From the NCBI GenBank assembly GCA_020051695.1, contig JAGVQM010000019.1, forward strand, positions 15,221 through 79,220: DNA of 64,000 nucleotides, in the 5' to 3' direction. The notes beneath the pieces were generated by a model. That model was not told where the DNA came from and searched no databases. It saw only the letters and a program-made list of their open reading frames with translations. Origin of the DNA: Candidatus Zixiibacteriota bacterium. GTDB taxonomy: Bacteria; Zixibacteria; MSB-5A5; WJJR01; JAJRUJ01. The position numbers were made by a program, and so were the translations under genes. Below are positions 8,465 through 18,814 of this stretch, piece after piece; the stretch's first letter is position 1; every line of letters starts with the position of its first letter.

Positions 8465-10177
8465 TCACATTTGTTCGGGCGCGGCCAGGCCCAGGAGGTA
8501 CAAGCCATCCCGCAAGACTTCGCGAATTGCAGCCGAAAGCAGCATCCGTGCCCGCGTCAGGGACTCATCATCGGTCATAATCCGCACCCGGTGATAATAG
8601 CTGCTGTACAGATCGACCAGTTCGATCAAATATGCAGCCAGCGTCATCGGCTCACAGGTCTCGGCCACCGTTTGCACCATCCGGGGATATTCATGCAGCA
8701 GTAACGCCAATCGTGTTTCCTCCGGGTCGGCCAGGACTGCGCAATCGATATCGGTTTCTACCGGCCTGCCATACTTGCGCAGCAAAGAACACAGCCGCGC
8801 GTGATTGTATTGCAGGAACGGCCCGGTGTGGCCGTCAAAGTTGAGCACGTCCTCAAAACTGAAAACGATATCCTTGTTGCGCCGCACGGCAATCTGCGAA
8901 AAAACCACGGCGCCTGTGCCGACTTGTTCGGCAACTTCATCGACGTTCGGCAACTCGGGATTTTTCTCGGCGATAATATCTTTCGTGCGCTGCACGGCCT
9001 GTTCAATGACATCGTCGAGGAACACGACCGTCCCTTTGCGCGTGGACATGATTTCCGTGCCGAATTTCACCCAGCCAAACTCGATATGTTCCATGTGGTC
9101 GGCCCACGCATACCCCATCTTTTTCAACGCGGCAAACAACTGGCGAAAATACAGGGCCTGGGCCGAGCCGACGATGTACAACGCCCGGCTGAAATGATAC
9201 GTCTTGTACCGGTACTCGGCGGCCGCCAGATCGCGCGTGGCATATAGCGAGGCATCATCGGCTTTGCGCACGACAAATGCCGGGAGCTGCGGGTCATCGA
9301 ATTCCATGACCAGCGCATTTTCCGATTCATGGGCCAGGCCCGTCTCCTGCAGCCGTTTGATCAACGGCCCGAGATGCTCGTTATAGAAGGCCTCGCCGGC
9401 GTACGAGTCAAAGCCCACCCCCAGGCGCGCGTAAATGCGGTTGAATTCCTGTAACGACAGGTCGCGGAACCGCTGCCATAATGCGCGGTTGTCCGGGTCG
9501 CCGTCCTCGAGTTTTTTGAATTCGGCGCGGCCGTGTTCTTCCAGTTCCGGATTGTACTTGGCCTCTTCGTGAACCCGGACATATAAATCATACAGGGCAC
9601 GGATCGGCTGGACGGACAGTTGTTCTTCCGAACCCCATTGCCGGAAGGCGTAAATCAATTTGCCGAACTGTGTGCCCCAATCGCCGAGGTGGTTGATTGC
9701 CACGGGCTTGTAACTCAATTTTTCCAGCACGCGATACAGGCTGTTGCCGATCACGGTCGAACGCAGGTGCCCGACCCCGAACGGCTTGGCGATATTGGGG
9801 TGCGAATAATCCATCACGACGACTTGGCCCATGCCCTCGTCGGCAGCCGCATAACGGTCCCGCATGTGGACGATCTTTGGTAGCACTTCGGCAGCGATGA
9901 TCCCCGGTTGTTCCCAGAAATTCAGAAAACCGCCGACCGCTTCGATCTTTTGGACCGTCGCCGGACAACTAATCGTATCCGCGACTTTCCCGGCGACCAC
10001 CGGCGGCGGCTGGCACAATGTTTTGGTGAAGCCGAACAGGGGAACGGCAAACTGGCCAAAACCCGGCTTGGCCGGCAATTGCATCAGCCGTTTGATTTCC
10101 TCGGCCGATGTTTCCACACCCAGGCGGCCCAGCGCCTCAGCAGTCGAACGGGCAATATCGGCGAAAATATCAGTCAT
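8465..10177 (-). CDS. argS: arginine--tRNA ligase
   Basis: 570 aa. Class-I synthetase HIGH-like 'GVGHLRST', 'MSTRKG' (KMSK variant), anticodon-binding DALR-type C-terminus. Ends 7 nt before the aroA start. Confidence 0.9.
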   Translation of the reverse strand: MTDIFADIARSTAEALGRLGVETSAEEIKRLMQLPAKPGFGQFAVPLFGFTKTLCQPPPVVAGKVADTISCPATVQKIEAVGGFLNFWEQPGIIAAEVLPKIVHMRDRYAAADEGMGQVVVMDYSHPNIAKPFGVGHLRSTVIGNSLYRVLEKLSYKPVAINHLGDWGTQFGKLIYAFRQWGSEEQLSVQPIRALYDLYVRVHEEAKYNPELEEHGRAEFKKLEDGDPDNRALWQRFRDLSLQEFNRIYARLGVGFDSYAGEAFYNEHLGPLIKRLQETGLAHESENALVMEFDDPQLPAFVVRKADDASLYATRDLAAAEYRYKTYHFSRALYIVGSAQALYFRQLFAALKKMGYAWADHMEHIEFGWVKFGTEIMSTRKGTVVFLDDVIEQAVQRTKDIIAEKNPELPNVDEVAEQVGTGAVVFSQIAVRRNKDIVFSFEDVLNFDGHTGPFLQYNHARLCSLLRKYGRPVETDIDCAVLADPEETRLALLLHEYPRMVQTVAETCEPMTLAAYLIELVDLYSSYYHRVRIMTDDESLTRARMLLSAAIREVLRDGLYLLGLAAPEQM

Positions 10178-10319
10178 GACGATGCAATATATATGCGGGT
10201 TTTCAAGGAATACACTATTCTTTCATCCGTGGACCACCGGCACTGTCACGGATCTGCGTCAGACCAAAAAGCATGGGGCCGCAGGTTATTTTGATTCTGC
10301 CCCTGCTCCATGTTCCCGA

Positions 10320-11051
10320 TTATTTGGCTTTCCTGAGGTCGCGATTGACTTTGTATTCGGCTTCCCGGACTGCGGCCATGAATTCACGGACCAGGGCCGG
10401 TTCCTTACGCCCGGAACCACCCTCGACGGCGGATGAAACATTGATGCCGTATGGCCGGTGGGTGGCAATTAATTCGCCGACGTTCTCACTGGTCAAGCCG
10501 CCCGAAATGTAGATCCGCCCCCACGCTTCACCTTCGTTATCCGGCAGCCGGGTCCAGTCGAACGGCTCGCTGTCCTCCCCCGGAAGATTCTCGGTGGCGG
10601 GATCGAATATGTAATCATAACAGAAATTCCACGGCGGTTCCTCAGGCACATCGTCGTCGCCGATCGGGATGACCCTCATCAGCCGTATGCGGCGGGCAAG
10701 GTTATGCCAGCTGCTGCCTGGCGGCTCGCCGCAAATCTGCGCGCCGGTCAACCCGATCCGTCGTACGGCCTTTTCGGCCTCACTGGTACCGGCGTCACGG
10801 AACACGCCGATCTTGGCGGTCATCGGCGAAAGGACTTTGATAATCTCGACCACCCGTTGCGCCGCGACCGCCCGGGGTGACTGGGGCCAAAAAACAAAAC
10901 CCAGTGCGTCGGCCCCCTCCCGTTCAGCCATTTGTGCATCGACGATGTTGGTAATTCCACAAATCTTGACATGTACGCGATACACGGGGTCCTCCTGGTT
11001 GCGGCGATTGGCTCGACTGGTCTGGATATACGGATATTGGTTCCCCCCCAC
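10320..11051 (-). CDS. trpF: phosphoribosylanthranilate isomerase
   Basis: 'VKICGIT...GADALGFVFWPQSPR' PRAI signature. True start probably near the GTG of 'VHVKICGIT' (~10970); the first ~25 codons of the ORF are likely not translated. Confidence 0.7.
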   Translation of the reverse strand: MGGNQYPYIQTSRANRRNQEDPVYRVHVKICGITNIVDAQMAEREGADALGFVFWPQSPRAVAAQRVVEIIKVLSPMTAKIGVFRDAGTSEAEKAVRRIGLTGAQICGEPPGSSWHNLARRIRLMRVIPIGDDDVPEEPPWNFCYDYIFDPATENLPGEDSEPFDWTRLPDNEGEAWGRIYISGGLTSENVGELIATHRPYGINVSSAVEGGSGRKEPALVREFMAAVREAEYKVNRDLRKAK

Positions 11052-11105
11052 GGAGTCAAGTCATCTTTGCCCCGGCGCCGCTTTTTTGTGCATCCGGGGC
11101 GCGGC

Positions 11106-12449
11106 TCAGGAGCCGGCCAGACGCCCGACCGGGACGCCCTCCCCGCCACCCGCCCGCAGGTCTTCATTGCGGAAAAACCAGAAGTACAATATTGCCGCCA
11201 AAAGATATAACCCGCCGGCCACCAGCAACGGCTCGGTATAGCCAATGTGTTCAATTAATGCCCCGCCCACCCAGGTGGCCAGCGCCCAGGATGAAGTCCA
11301 GGCCAGCATCGCCAGCCCGTTGGCCACCGCCCGATCGGATTCCCCCACGCGTTCCATCAGATAATTGTTGGCGATGGGGACACCCATATTCATCAAGGCC
11401 CCGCGCATGATAAAAGCCCCCACGGCCAGATGCAGGTTATGGGAAAACGCCAGCACAACCATAAATGGCAGCGAGGCCGCTTCCGTGTACACGACCATGC
11501 GGATCATACCCCATTTTCGCGCCAGATACGGCCCGATCAATACCCCGACCAGCATTGAAGTTTGCACCAGGCCGTAATAGAAGCCGATAGCCAGCGGTTC
11601 CATGCCGAACCGGTCGCGGAAATACAGGTTCAAAAACGGGATAATCAGCCCCGCCCCCACACCGATCACAAAAAAGGGAAAGGTCAGTTTGAACAGCAAT
11701 GGGGCCTTGTTCCGGGCGCGTTGGATCAGCGTGGCGGCAGTTTGGGAACGGTCAACGATCACCCCCGAGGGAATACTCAGATACACGACCGCGCCGATGA
11801 ATGTCGACAGCGCACCGCCGATCAGCAACGCCCGATACGCCAAAACCACCGAACCCAGAAGCTCGACCGCCACGCGGTGCAGCCAACCCCCGCCAAAATA
11901 CGCAAATAACCCGGCGCCCAGCATTGCAGCAAACTGCAGGGAAAACACGTGCGCGCGTTCTGTCGAGGTCGTATAACGCATAAAAAACGGGCCGCCCACG
12001 ACGCGGGGGATCGCCGCAGCCATCCCGACACCGACAGACGCCGCTACCATCAGCGCGGGCAGATGTACCACCGTCAGCAGAAAATAGCAGCCGGCAGCCA
12101 GCGCCGTTGACAGGACCACCAGCCACCGCGCCGAAAAACGCGCAATCAACGTCGCGGCGGGGATGGTCATAACAATCGTACCCACGGATTGCATCGACCA
12201 TAACCGGCCGATGAACGACTCGGAATGGCCGAGTTCGCGCATGTACAGGTTCAACAGCAGCATAAAGACTGCCCACCCCATCCCCAGGAAAAACGTGCCC
12301 CAGAGAAACCGCCGGGCGGCCGGATGAATGTGCACAAACGGCGAGATAAATCCCCGGAGTCCCCCTGGTGCTGCATGCTCATAATCCAGGCGGGGACTAT
12401 CGTCAATCACCGTTGGTGACGAGGAAGACTTATCATGCGGAATGTTCAA
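11106..12449 (-). CDS. MFS transporter
   Basis: 12-TM pattern with MFS-like loop motifs, 447 aa. Confidence 0.75.
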   Translation of the reverse strand: MNIPHDKSSSSPTVIDDSPRLDYEHAAPGGLRGFISPFVHIHPAARRFLWGTFFLGMGWAVFMLLLNLYMRELGHSESFIGRLWSMQSVGTIVMTIPAATLIARFSARWLVVLSTALAAGCYFLLTVVHLPALMVAASVGVGMAAAIPRVVGGPFFMRYTTSTERAHVFSLQFAAMLGAGLFAYFGGGWLHRVAVELLGSVVLAYRALLIGGALSTFIGAVVYLSIPSGVIVDRSQTAATLIQRARNKAPLLFKLTFPFFVIGVGAGLIIPFLNLYFRDRFGMEPLAIGFYYGLVQTSMLVGVLIGPYLARKWGMIRMVVYTEAASLPFMVVLAFSHNLHLAVGAFIMRGALMNMGVPIANNYLMERVGESDRAVANGLAMLAWTSSWALATWVGGALIEHIGYTEPLLVAGGLYLLAAILYFWFFRNEDLRAGGGEGVPVGRLAGS

Positions 12450-12520
12450 GGGGTACTCTAATCGTCATCTACAGGCATCTGCAATCCTGTATATCGGCTA
12501 TTGACAGTCAGCGGGCGCTA

Positions 12521-13327
12521 TTATTCAAGATTGATTTCACCCGAGTAGATGTTGACCGCCGGGCCGGTCAAATACAGCCGATCGGCACGCGGATGATAAT
12601 CGACCCTTAGTTTGCCCCCCGGCACAAGGAGGTCCACGGAGTTGCCGACCAGGTCTTCGCGCATGGCACACAAAGCGGAGGCCACCGCGCCGCTGCCGCA
12701 GGACAACGTGGGCCCCACGCCGCGTTCGACAAACCGCACTTCGACGGTCCGGCGGTCGACGACCCGGACAAAATCAACGTTGGCCCCGCACGGAAAGATC
12801 GATTCGTTTTGCACACGAGATGCCGCGGCGACCCAGTCGAAATCAAAATCCTGCACCAGCACCACCAGGTGCGGATTACCCGCGGCGATGGCGGTCACCG
12901 GTTGTCTGGTCCGGCCCCACTTCAGCGCTGGAAGTGAGAGTGCCTGATACTGAGGAAAACCGAGATCGACCTGCACCATGGCCACCGGCCCATTGCGCCT
13001 GATGACCCGCGTGATGGCCGGTCCGGCGGGCGGCAGAAAAACGGTTTCCTCTGTACCCTGGGAAACCAGCAAAGCGGCGCAACGCAGCCCATTGAGGCAG
13101 GTTTCCGCCGGGGAACCATCGGCATTGAAAATCCGGAATTCATGGGTACCGTGCCGGTTGGGCGTATGCAGCACGATCAGCCCGTCTGCCCCGACACCCA
13201 GGTGCCGGTCACAGATCAGCCAAGCCCGTTTTCCGGTCCAGAACCGTTGCGGCGCGGCCGATTTTTCCCGAACCAGGATGAAATCGTTGCCCGTTGCCTG
13301 CATTTTGGTGAAACTGACTTTTTTCAT
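12521..13327 (-). CDS. dapF: diaminopimelate epimerase
   Basis: 'MQATGNDFILV' N-terminal motif and the two catalytic-Cys regions (CLNGLRC, CGSGAVA). Confidence 0.9.
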   Translation of the reverse strand: MKKVSFTKMQATGNDFILVREKSAAPQRFWTGKRAWLICDRHLGVGADGLIVLHTPNRHGTHEFRIFNADGSPAETCLNGLRCAALLVSQGTEETVFLPPAGPAITRVIRRNGPVAMVQVDLGFPQYQALSLPALKWGRTRQPVTAIAAGNPHLVVLVQDFDFDWVAAASRVQNESIFPCGANVDFVRVVDRRTVEVRFVERGVGPTLSCGSGAVASALCAMREDLVGNSVDLLVPGGKLRVDYHPRADRLYLTGPAVNIYSGEINLE

Positions 13328-13552
13328 CTACCCATCCCTGTGGCTGTCCGCTGCGGTCCGACGGGGCCGGGCTCTCAACAAATCGCGGACCCTCTTGTCG
13401 CAAAAAACGAAATTCGTGCGGACCGGACAAGAACGATTATTCCCCTCGGGAAGGCACGACCGGCGCCCTGCAACGACCAGCATGCATCAGCCGGTTCCGG
13501 CGAACAGAAATACAACAGTAATAATGGCCCAAATTGGAGGATGCATGAATAA

Positions 13553-14788
13553 TTACATGTCGGCAAATACGCGGCCCAGACGCTTGATCCCCTCGCGAAT
13601 CATGGCGCAAGACGCGTTGGAAAAATTCAAGCGCATGGTATTTTCCATTATCCCCAGCGGATCGAAGGCCTTTCCAGGGACAAAGGCCACTTTTTCCTCG
13701 ATGGCCTTGAAGAACAACTCTTTTGCCTTGATCTGTTCCGGCAGTACAATCCATAAAAAAAGCCCGCCTTCGGGCCTGGTCCACCGCACGGTATCGGGGA
13801 AAAACTCAGCCATCGTCGCCAGCATCGTATCCCGCTGTTCCCGGTAGTTGACAATCAGCGTGGCGATGTGGGGGTCCAGCGCCCCGCCGGCAACATATTC
13901 ATGAACCAGATACTGGGCGAATTGATTGGTGTGCAGGTCGGTCGATTGTTTGACCCGCTCAAAAACGTCGGTGACTTCTTTGGCCGCCACCGTCCAGCCG
14001 ATCCTGAGTCCCGGGGAAATAATCTTGGAAAAAGTGCCCAGTTGAATGACAATATCACCACCCAGCCGTTTCAGCGAGGGCTGGTCGGTACCGGAATAGC
14101 GGAGCTCCCCGTACGGATTGTCGTCGATAATCGGCAGTCTGTATTTATAGGCCAGCTCAATCAGTTTATGCCGCCGTGGTTCGCTGAGGGTCACTCCGGC
14201 CGGGTTTTGGAAATTGGGCACGACATAGATAAAGGCGGGATTGTACTTTTTAATCTGGGCTTCTGCTTCATCGACTTTCATGCCCTCGTCGTCGATCTCG
14301 ACTGTAGCGTACCTGGCCCGATAGAAATTGAAGGCCTGGAGTGCGCCGACATAGGTCGGGCGGCAGCACAAGACATATCGTCCCGGTTCGAGGAACGAAC
14401 GCCCCACAATGTCTAACCCCTGCTGCGAGCCGCCGGTGACGATAATATTGTCGGCAGTGATGCCCTCGCCGCCGCGAATGCCGGCCCGGTCGGCAAGGAA
14501 CTCGCGCAACGGGCCGTACCCCCGCGAAAGACCGTATTGCAGTGCCAGTGTCCCGTATTGCACAAGTACCCGGTCGGCAACGGCCTTTAATTCCTCAATG
14601 GGGAACGACTCGGGCGCCGGCAGTCCCCCGGCAAAGGAAATTACTCCCGGTTGAGAAGAGTATTTCAAAATGTCACGAATAACTGAGCTTTCCAGCTCAT
14701 ACGCTGCAGGAGAGAAATAGCTTTTATCGAACGTGAAAGTCTTCGGCATCCCGGATGTTTCTGTTTTACCCATCCCCGATTCCATCAC
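13553..14788 (-). CDS. PLP-dependent aminotransferase, class I (LysN/ARO8/AAT-like)
   Basis: 'SVIRDILKYS...ISFAGGLP' and 'TFSKIISPGLRIGW' (PLP-lysine region) are typical of class-I aminotransferases. Confidence 0.7.
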   Translation of the reverse strand: MMESGMGKTETSGMPKTFTFDKSYFSPAAYELESSVIRDILKYSSQPGVISFAGGLPAPESFPIEELKAVADRVLVQYGTLALQYGLSRGYGPLREFLADRAGIRGGEGITADNIIVTGGSQQGLDIVGRSFLEPGRYVLCCRPTYVGALQAFNFYRARYATVEIDDEGMKVDEAEAQIKKYNPAFIYVVPNFQNPAGVTLSEPRRHKLIELAYKYRLPIIDDNPYGELRYSGTDQPSLKRLGGDIVIQLGTFSKIISPGLRIGWTVAAKEVTDVFERVKQSTDLHTNQFAQYLVHEYVAGGALDPHIATLIVNYREQRDTMLATMAEFFPDTVRWTRPEGGLFLWIVLPEQIKAKELFFKAIEEKVAFVPGKAFDPLGIMENTMRLNFSNASCAMIREGIKRLGRVFADM

Positions 14789-14914
14789 GTATAAAAAACC
14801 CCAAAAAACCTAAAAAGTCAAGTGGATTCACACGAACTCATATTCATTCTCCCTAATATGATACTCCTGTCACAGGCCGTTGTTGTACACCGGCTTGGTG
14901 GTTTTTGTCAACTC

Positions 14915-17275
14915 CTACCACCAGGACCAGAATTCGACACGGAAAAAATAAACGACACGACGCAAAACCAGTTTAATCAGCGGTCGGTCACCGCAATAAA
15001 TCTTGGCCTGTCCGGTCATGCCGGGGAATAAGCGGCCGTCAAGATTAGGGACCATGGTAATGACGTCGTACGTACTCTTCTCGCCGACAGCATATGGCGC
15101 AATCGCCAGTTTGTTGACCCGGCCTTCAAACATCTCCAACGGATAGGAACGCACCTTTAATTTAACCGGTGCGCCGATAACTACTTCACCGATATCATCC
15201 TCGGACGTTGGGATAATGACCCGCATGGTGTCGGTCCGTGCCAGTTCGAAAATAGTCTCGCCGGTGCGCGCGCGGGTCACCCGGCCGGAAAACGGCGCGT
15301 GGAAGACCGACGCCGCAATCTGCGAACGATAATAATCGACCACGGCGGCCAGCTCGGCGATTTCGGCTTCCTTGATGGCGATTTCCTCGATCTTGGGCGC
15401 GGAAATCAACAGGGACAATTCGCTTTGTTTGGCCTGTTTCGCCTGCCTGCCGACCGCTAGTTGCGTGCGGTACAGTTCAAATTCGCCATCAGAGATCAGA
15501 TTTCGTTCGTGCAGCCCTCGGGCGCGTTCGTGCTCGGCCTCGGCGTTTTCCAGCCGCGCCTCGACCTGGGCCAGCTCGGCCCGGAGCTGACGGACCTGCT
15601 CCTCCTTGGGACCGGAAAACAATAAATTCAGTTCGGCCTGCGCACGGCGCGACCGTGCCTCCATTGCCGCCAACTGGCTGGTATAACGATTACAGGAAAT
15701 GACCAGGACCGTATCACCGGCGGAGACCTGCTCACCCTCCACAAAACGCGGAGTGATCGCAATCGCCGAAAATTCCGCCGCAGTCAACTGCAGCGAGCTG
15801 CGTTCGCGGATCTCGCGCAGCCCGGCCTGGACCAACTCCGTTTCAACAATGCCGGCCTCGGGGTTAAAAATCCGATATACCGATGCCGGCTCGACACGGC
15901 AGACCGAACCGACCTTGCGCTCGGCCTGGATGAAAAAGGACGCCAGCAGCACAAGCAGGACGGCGCCCCAGAAAATGTACGGGCGCCTGGAGCGCGGCGA
16001 TTCGGGTTTTGAATCTGCCGGGGATTGGGCCGGGATCGGGGGCCCCTCTTTTTTTGTTCCCGAACTTGCGGGTTGCTCCTCGCCGCTTTTCATGTCTTTC
16101 TCCTTCCACAACGGCCGGGCCAGCATGATGCCGATAGCCCCCCATAAGACCAGCGGCCCTGCTGCGCCGAACCGGTCCGCCAAAAACGCGGTCACATGGT
16201 ACCCGACAAAACCCAGCAAAAATACCGAATACGTGAGGGCAATCAGCCCATACCAGAAAAATACCCGGCCATGTTTGTCGTCGGAGTGCACGAGACGACG
16301 GCCACATGTCCATTCGCTTACCCGCCGCTTGAGATGGCCGAACGCGCGCGCCCGCAGGTTCGGCAAATCCAGCAGATCGGCCAGCAGGTAATAGCCGTCA
16401 AGTTTGATCAATGGATTGAGATTGAACAACACGACGGCCAGCGAAACCGCGGCGACCAGAAAGGCAAAGTGATTGATCACGGTGCCCAATGCGGTGATCC
16501 GCCAGATGAAAACCGCAAGGGCAGTGGCGACCATCTGCACAAACAGCCCGGCGAGCATGACGTTCGCCTTGTGCCGTTTTTTGGGCAATAAGTAGGCGTC
16601 CGACATGTTGCAATACACGCAGGGCTGAAAATATAACAGCAAAAAGCCCATCTCGGTCACTTGTCCGCCATAATGTTTCAGGGCCACAGCGTGCCCGAAC
16701 TCATGAACAGCAGCCAGCACGAAAATAGCCGCCAGAATACCGATAATCGAGCCGAGCCGAAAAACATCCGCAAACCGCATGAAAAAAGTGCCGCTGTTGG
16801 CGCCGGCGACCGCCAGGGATAACCCGATCAACGCCACCGCCGAGATAAAAGACTCCGGAGTGAACATCCAGCGGACCCGGCGTTCGATTCCGGCCACCAA
16901 TCGATCGGGATTCAAGGCCGCGATCCGCCACATCAACAGCCGGCCCCACAATGAGCGCCCCGGCCGGTCGTGCCGCCTGCTCCGGGAAATGGCGGCCTCG
17001 GCGTACACCCCCTCGAACAGGCACAACCGCTGCATTTTGTGAAAAAACGCCAGGGCTGCGCCGGGGGGCAACTGCGCGTTAAATTTGGTGGAAAAAGCTG
17101 CTTCGGCGCCCTCGACCGTCGTCATACCGTCCATGCGTGTGATCAGGAAATATTCCGGTTCCCGCAATTTGAAAAAACGTCCCGTTGCGGGATCTTTGAT
17201 GATATAAACGGTCTGCCCGCCGGCATCCTGGGGGCTGGCGATAATATCGGGCCGCAACTTGAAATATTCGGGCAT
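14915..17275 (-). CDS. fusion protein: peptidase M50 (site-2 protease) N-terminal membrane domain + HlyD-family periplasmic adaptor C-terminal domain
   Basis: HExxH 'VHEFGHAV' and the S2P 'NLNPLIKLDG' motif within TM helices. Second half has long Arg/Glu/Ala coiled coil (QLAAMEARSRRAQAELN...AELAQVEARLENAEAEH) and β-domain like HlyD/membrane-fusion proteins. Confidence 0.7.
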   Translation of the reverse strand: MPEYFKLRPDIIASPQDAGGQTVYIIKDPATGRFFKLREPEYFLITRMDGMTTVEGAEAAFSTKFNAQLPPGAALAFFHKMQRLCLFEGVYAEAAISRSRRHDRPGRSLWGRLLMWRIAALNPDRLVAGIERRVRWMFTPESFISAVALIGLSLAVAGANSGTFFMRFADVFRLGSIIGILAAIFVLAAVHEFGHAVALKHYGGQVTEMGFLLLYFQPCVYCNMSDAYLLPKKRHKANVMLAGLFVQMVATALAVFIWRITALGTVINHFAFLVAAVSLAVVLFNLNPLIKLDGYYLLADLLDLPNLRARAFGHLKRRVSEWTCGRRLVHSDDKHGRVFFWYGLIALTYSVFLLGFVGYHVTAFLADRFGAAGPLVLWGAIGIMLARPLWKEKDMKSGEEQPASSGTKKEGPPIPAQSPADSKPESPRSRRPYIFWGAVLLVLLASFFIQAERKVGSVCRVEPASVYRIFNPEAGIVETELVQAGLREIRERSSLQLTAAEFSAIAITPRFVEGEQVSAGDTVLVISCNRYTSQLAAMEARSRRAQAELNLLFSGPKEEQVRQLRAELAQVEARLENAEAEHERARGLHERNLISDGEFELYRTQLAVGRQAKQAKQSELSLLISAPKIEEIAIKEAEIAELAAVVDYYRSQIAASVFHAPFSGRVTRARTGETIFELARTDTMRVIIPTSEDDIGEVVIGAPVKLKVRSYPLEMFEGRVNKLAIAPYAVGEKSTYDVITMVPNLDGRLFPGMTGQAKIYCGDRPLIKLVLRRVVYFFRVEFWSWW

Positions 17276-17413
17276 CCCTGCTCCGCGGCTAAACCGTTAA
17301 TCGTAACGGCAAATTATCCGTAATCTGCCGTCCGGGCAAGGATTATCTGGACTTCCGGGGCTTGACCCGGCCGCCCGAACGAAGTTAATTCATTCAACGA
17401 CATCACAGGAGGA

Positions 17414-18709
17414 TTGGTGAAGCTTGCAGTAATTGGTCTGGGGCATACCGGCCTGGTGGTGGCGGCGGTACTCGCCGAGATCGGGCATCAGGTACACGGC
17501 TTTGATATTGAAAGCGGCAAACGGTCGCGGATCAGCCGGGGCCACAGCCCCTTCTATGAACCGGATCTGGATTCGTTGATCGCCCGGGGGTTGGCCACGG
17601 GGCGATTGGTGATCAGCAGGACGCTGGATGAAGCGCAGGCGGACGCCGAGGTCGTCTTTCTGGCGGTCGGGACACCGGCGGCCAATGGTGATGCGCCGAA
17701 CCTGGCCGAATTCTGGTCGGCGGCGGGGCAGGTGGTGCCGCTGCTGCTGCCGCATGCGGTCCTGGCGATTAAAAGTACCCTGCCGGTCGGCACCACCGAT
17801 GAACTCATCGCGCGTTTCAAAGCGCAGTGGCCGGACGCCCCGCCGGTGGTCAATGTCCCGGAGTTTTTGCGTCAGGGGACGGCGGTTGCGGATTTTCTCC
17901 GGCCGGAGCGGGTAATTTTCGGTTCCCATTCACCGGCGGCGCTCAATGTCATGCGCGTAGTATATGAACCATTCAAATTGTCATCGGAGACCATTCACGA
18001 ATGCCGTCCGGTGGAGGCCGAGTTGATCAAACACGCGGCCAACTGCTTTCTGGCCGCCCGGATTTCCTATGCCAATGAATTGGCCAACCTGTGCGGCCGA
18101 CTGGGCGCAGATTATGAAATCGTGCGCCACGGCCTGGCCGCCGACTCGCGCATCGGTTCAAGTTTTCTCAACGCCGGGCTCGGTTTCGGCGGCTCGTGTT
18201 TTCCCAAGGACCTTGCGGCGTTGATTAAGACTGCCCGGGATGCCGGCAGCCCGTTCACTCTGCTGGAAGCGACATTGGCCGCCAATCGCGCGCAGGTGCA
18301 TCGTGTCGTGGCACTGGCCGACGAGATGGTGGGCGGGTTGTCGGGCAGGAAAGTCCTGCAATTGGGTTTGACTTATAAAGCGGGTACCGACGATACCCGT
18401 GGTTCGCGGGCCCTCGAACTGGCGTTCCTATTGATTCGGGAAGGCGCGGAATTGACCTGTCACGACCCGGCCTATATCCCGACCGAGGTCGGTTCGGATC
18501 AATTATTTACGATTGCCGACGATCCGGTTTCCGCCGCCTCAAGAATGGACCTGGTCCTTATTGCCACCGACTGGCCGGAGTTCATCGATTTACCCTGGTC
18601 GAAAATTGTGGGCAGCATGCGTTCGGCGAGACTCCTTGATGGGCGGAACCTGCTTGATCCCACCGAAATGACCGCCGCCGGTTTTACATACCGGGGCATT
18701 GGGCGGTAA
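17414..18709 (+). CDS. ugd: UDP-glucose 6-dehydrogenase / nucleotide-sugar dehydrogenase
   Basis: N-terminal Rossmann 'VIGLGHTGLVVAAVL', catalytic 'GGSCFPKD'. GGAGG RBS before the GTG start. Confidence 0.85.
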   Translation: MVKLAVIGLGHTGLVVAAVLAEIGHQVHGFDIESGKRSRISRGHSPFYEPDLDSLIARGLATGRLVISRTLDEAQADAEVVFLAVGTPAANGDAPNLAEFWSAAGQVVPLLLPHAVLAIKSTLPVGTTDELIARFKAQWPDAPPVVNVPEFLRQGTAVADFLRPERVIFGSHSPAALNVMRVVYEPFKLSSETIHECRPVEAELIKHAANCFLAARISYANELANLCGRLGADYEIVRHGLAADSRIGSSFLNAGLGFGGSCFPKDLAALIKTARDAGSPFTLLEATLAANRAQVHRVVALADEMVGGLSGRKVLQLGLTYKAGTDDTRGSRALELAFLLIREGAELTCHDPAYIPTEVGSDQLFTIADDPVSAASRMDLVLIATDWPEFIDLPWSKIVGSMRSARLLDGRNLLDPTEMTAAGFTYRGIGR

Positions 18710-18814
18710 AGACTTCTTATTCTTGCTGCGCTACAATGAAACCACGCGGCAACCCACCGCGATCGGCTTGTGGATACACAGCTTTTTGATGCGCATTGCC
18801 ACCGAGATCACAGT

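Noticed and set aside
8801-9247. 148-aa and other + strand ORFs across argS
   Set aside because: Antisense to a highly conserved aminoacyl-tRNA synthetase gene. Spurious.
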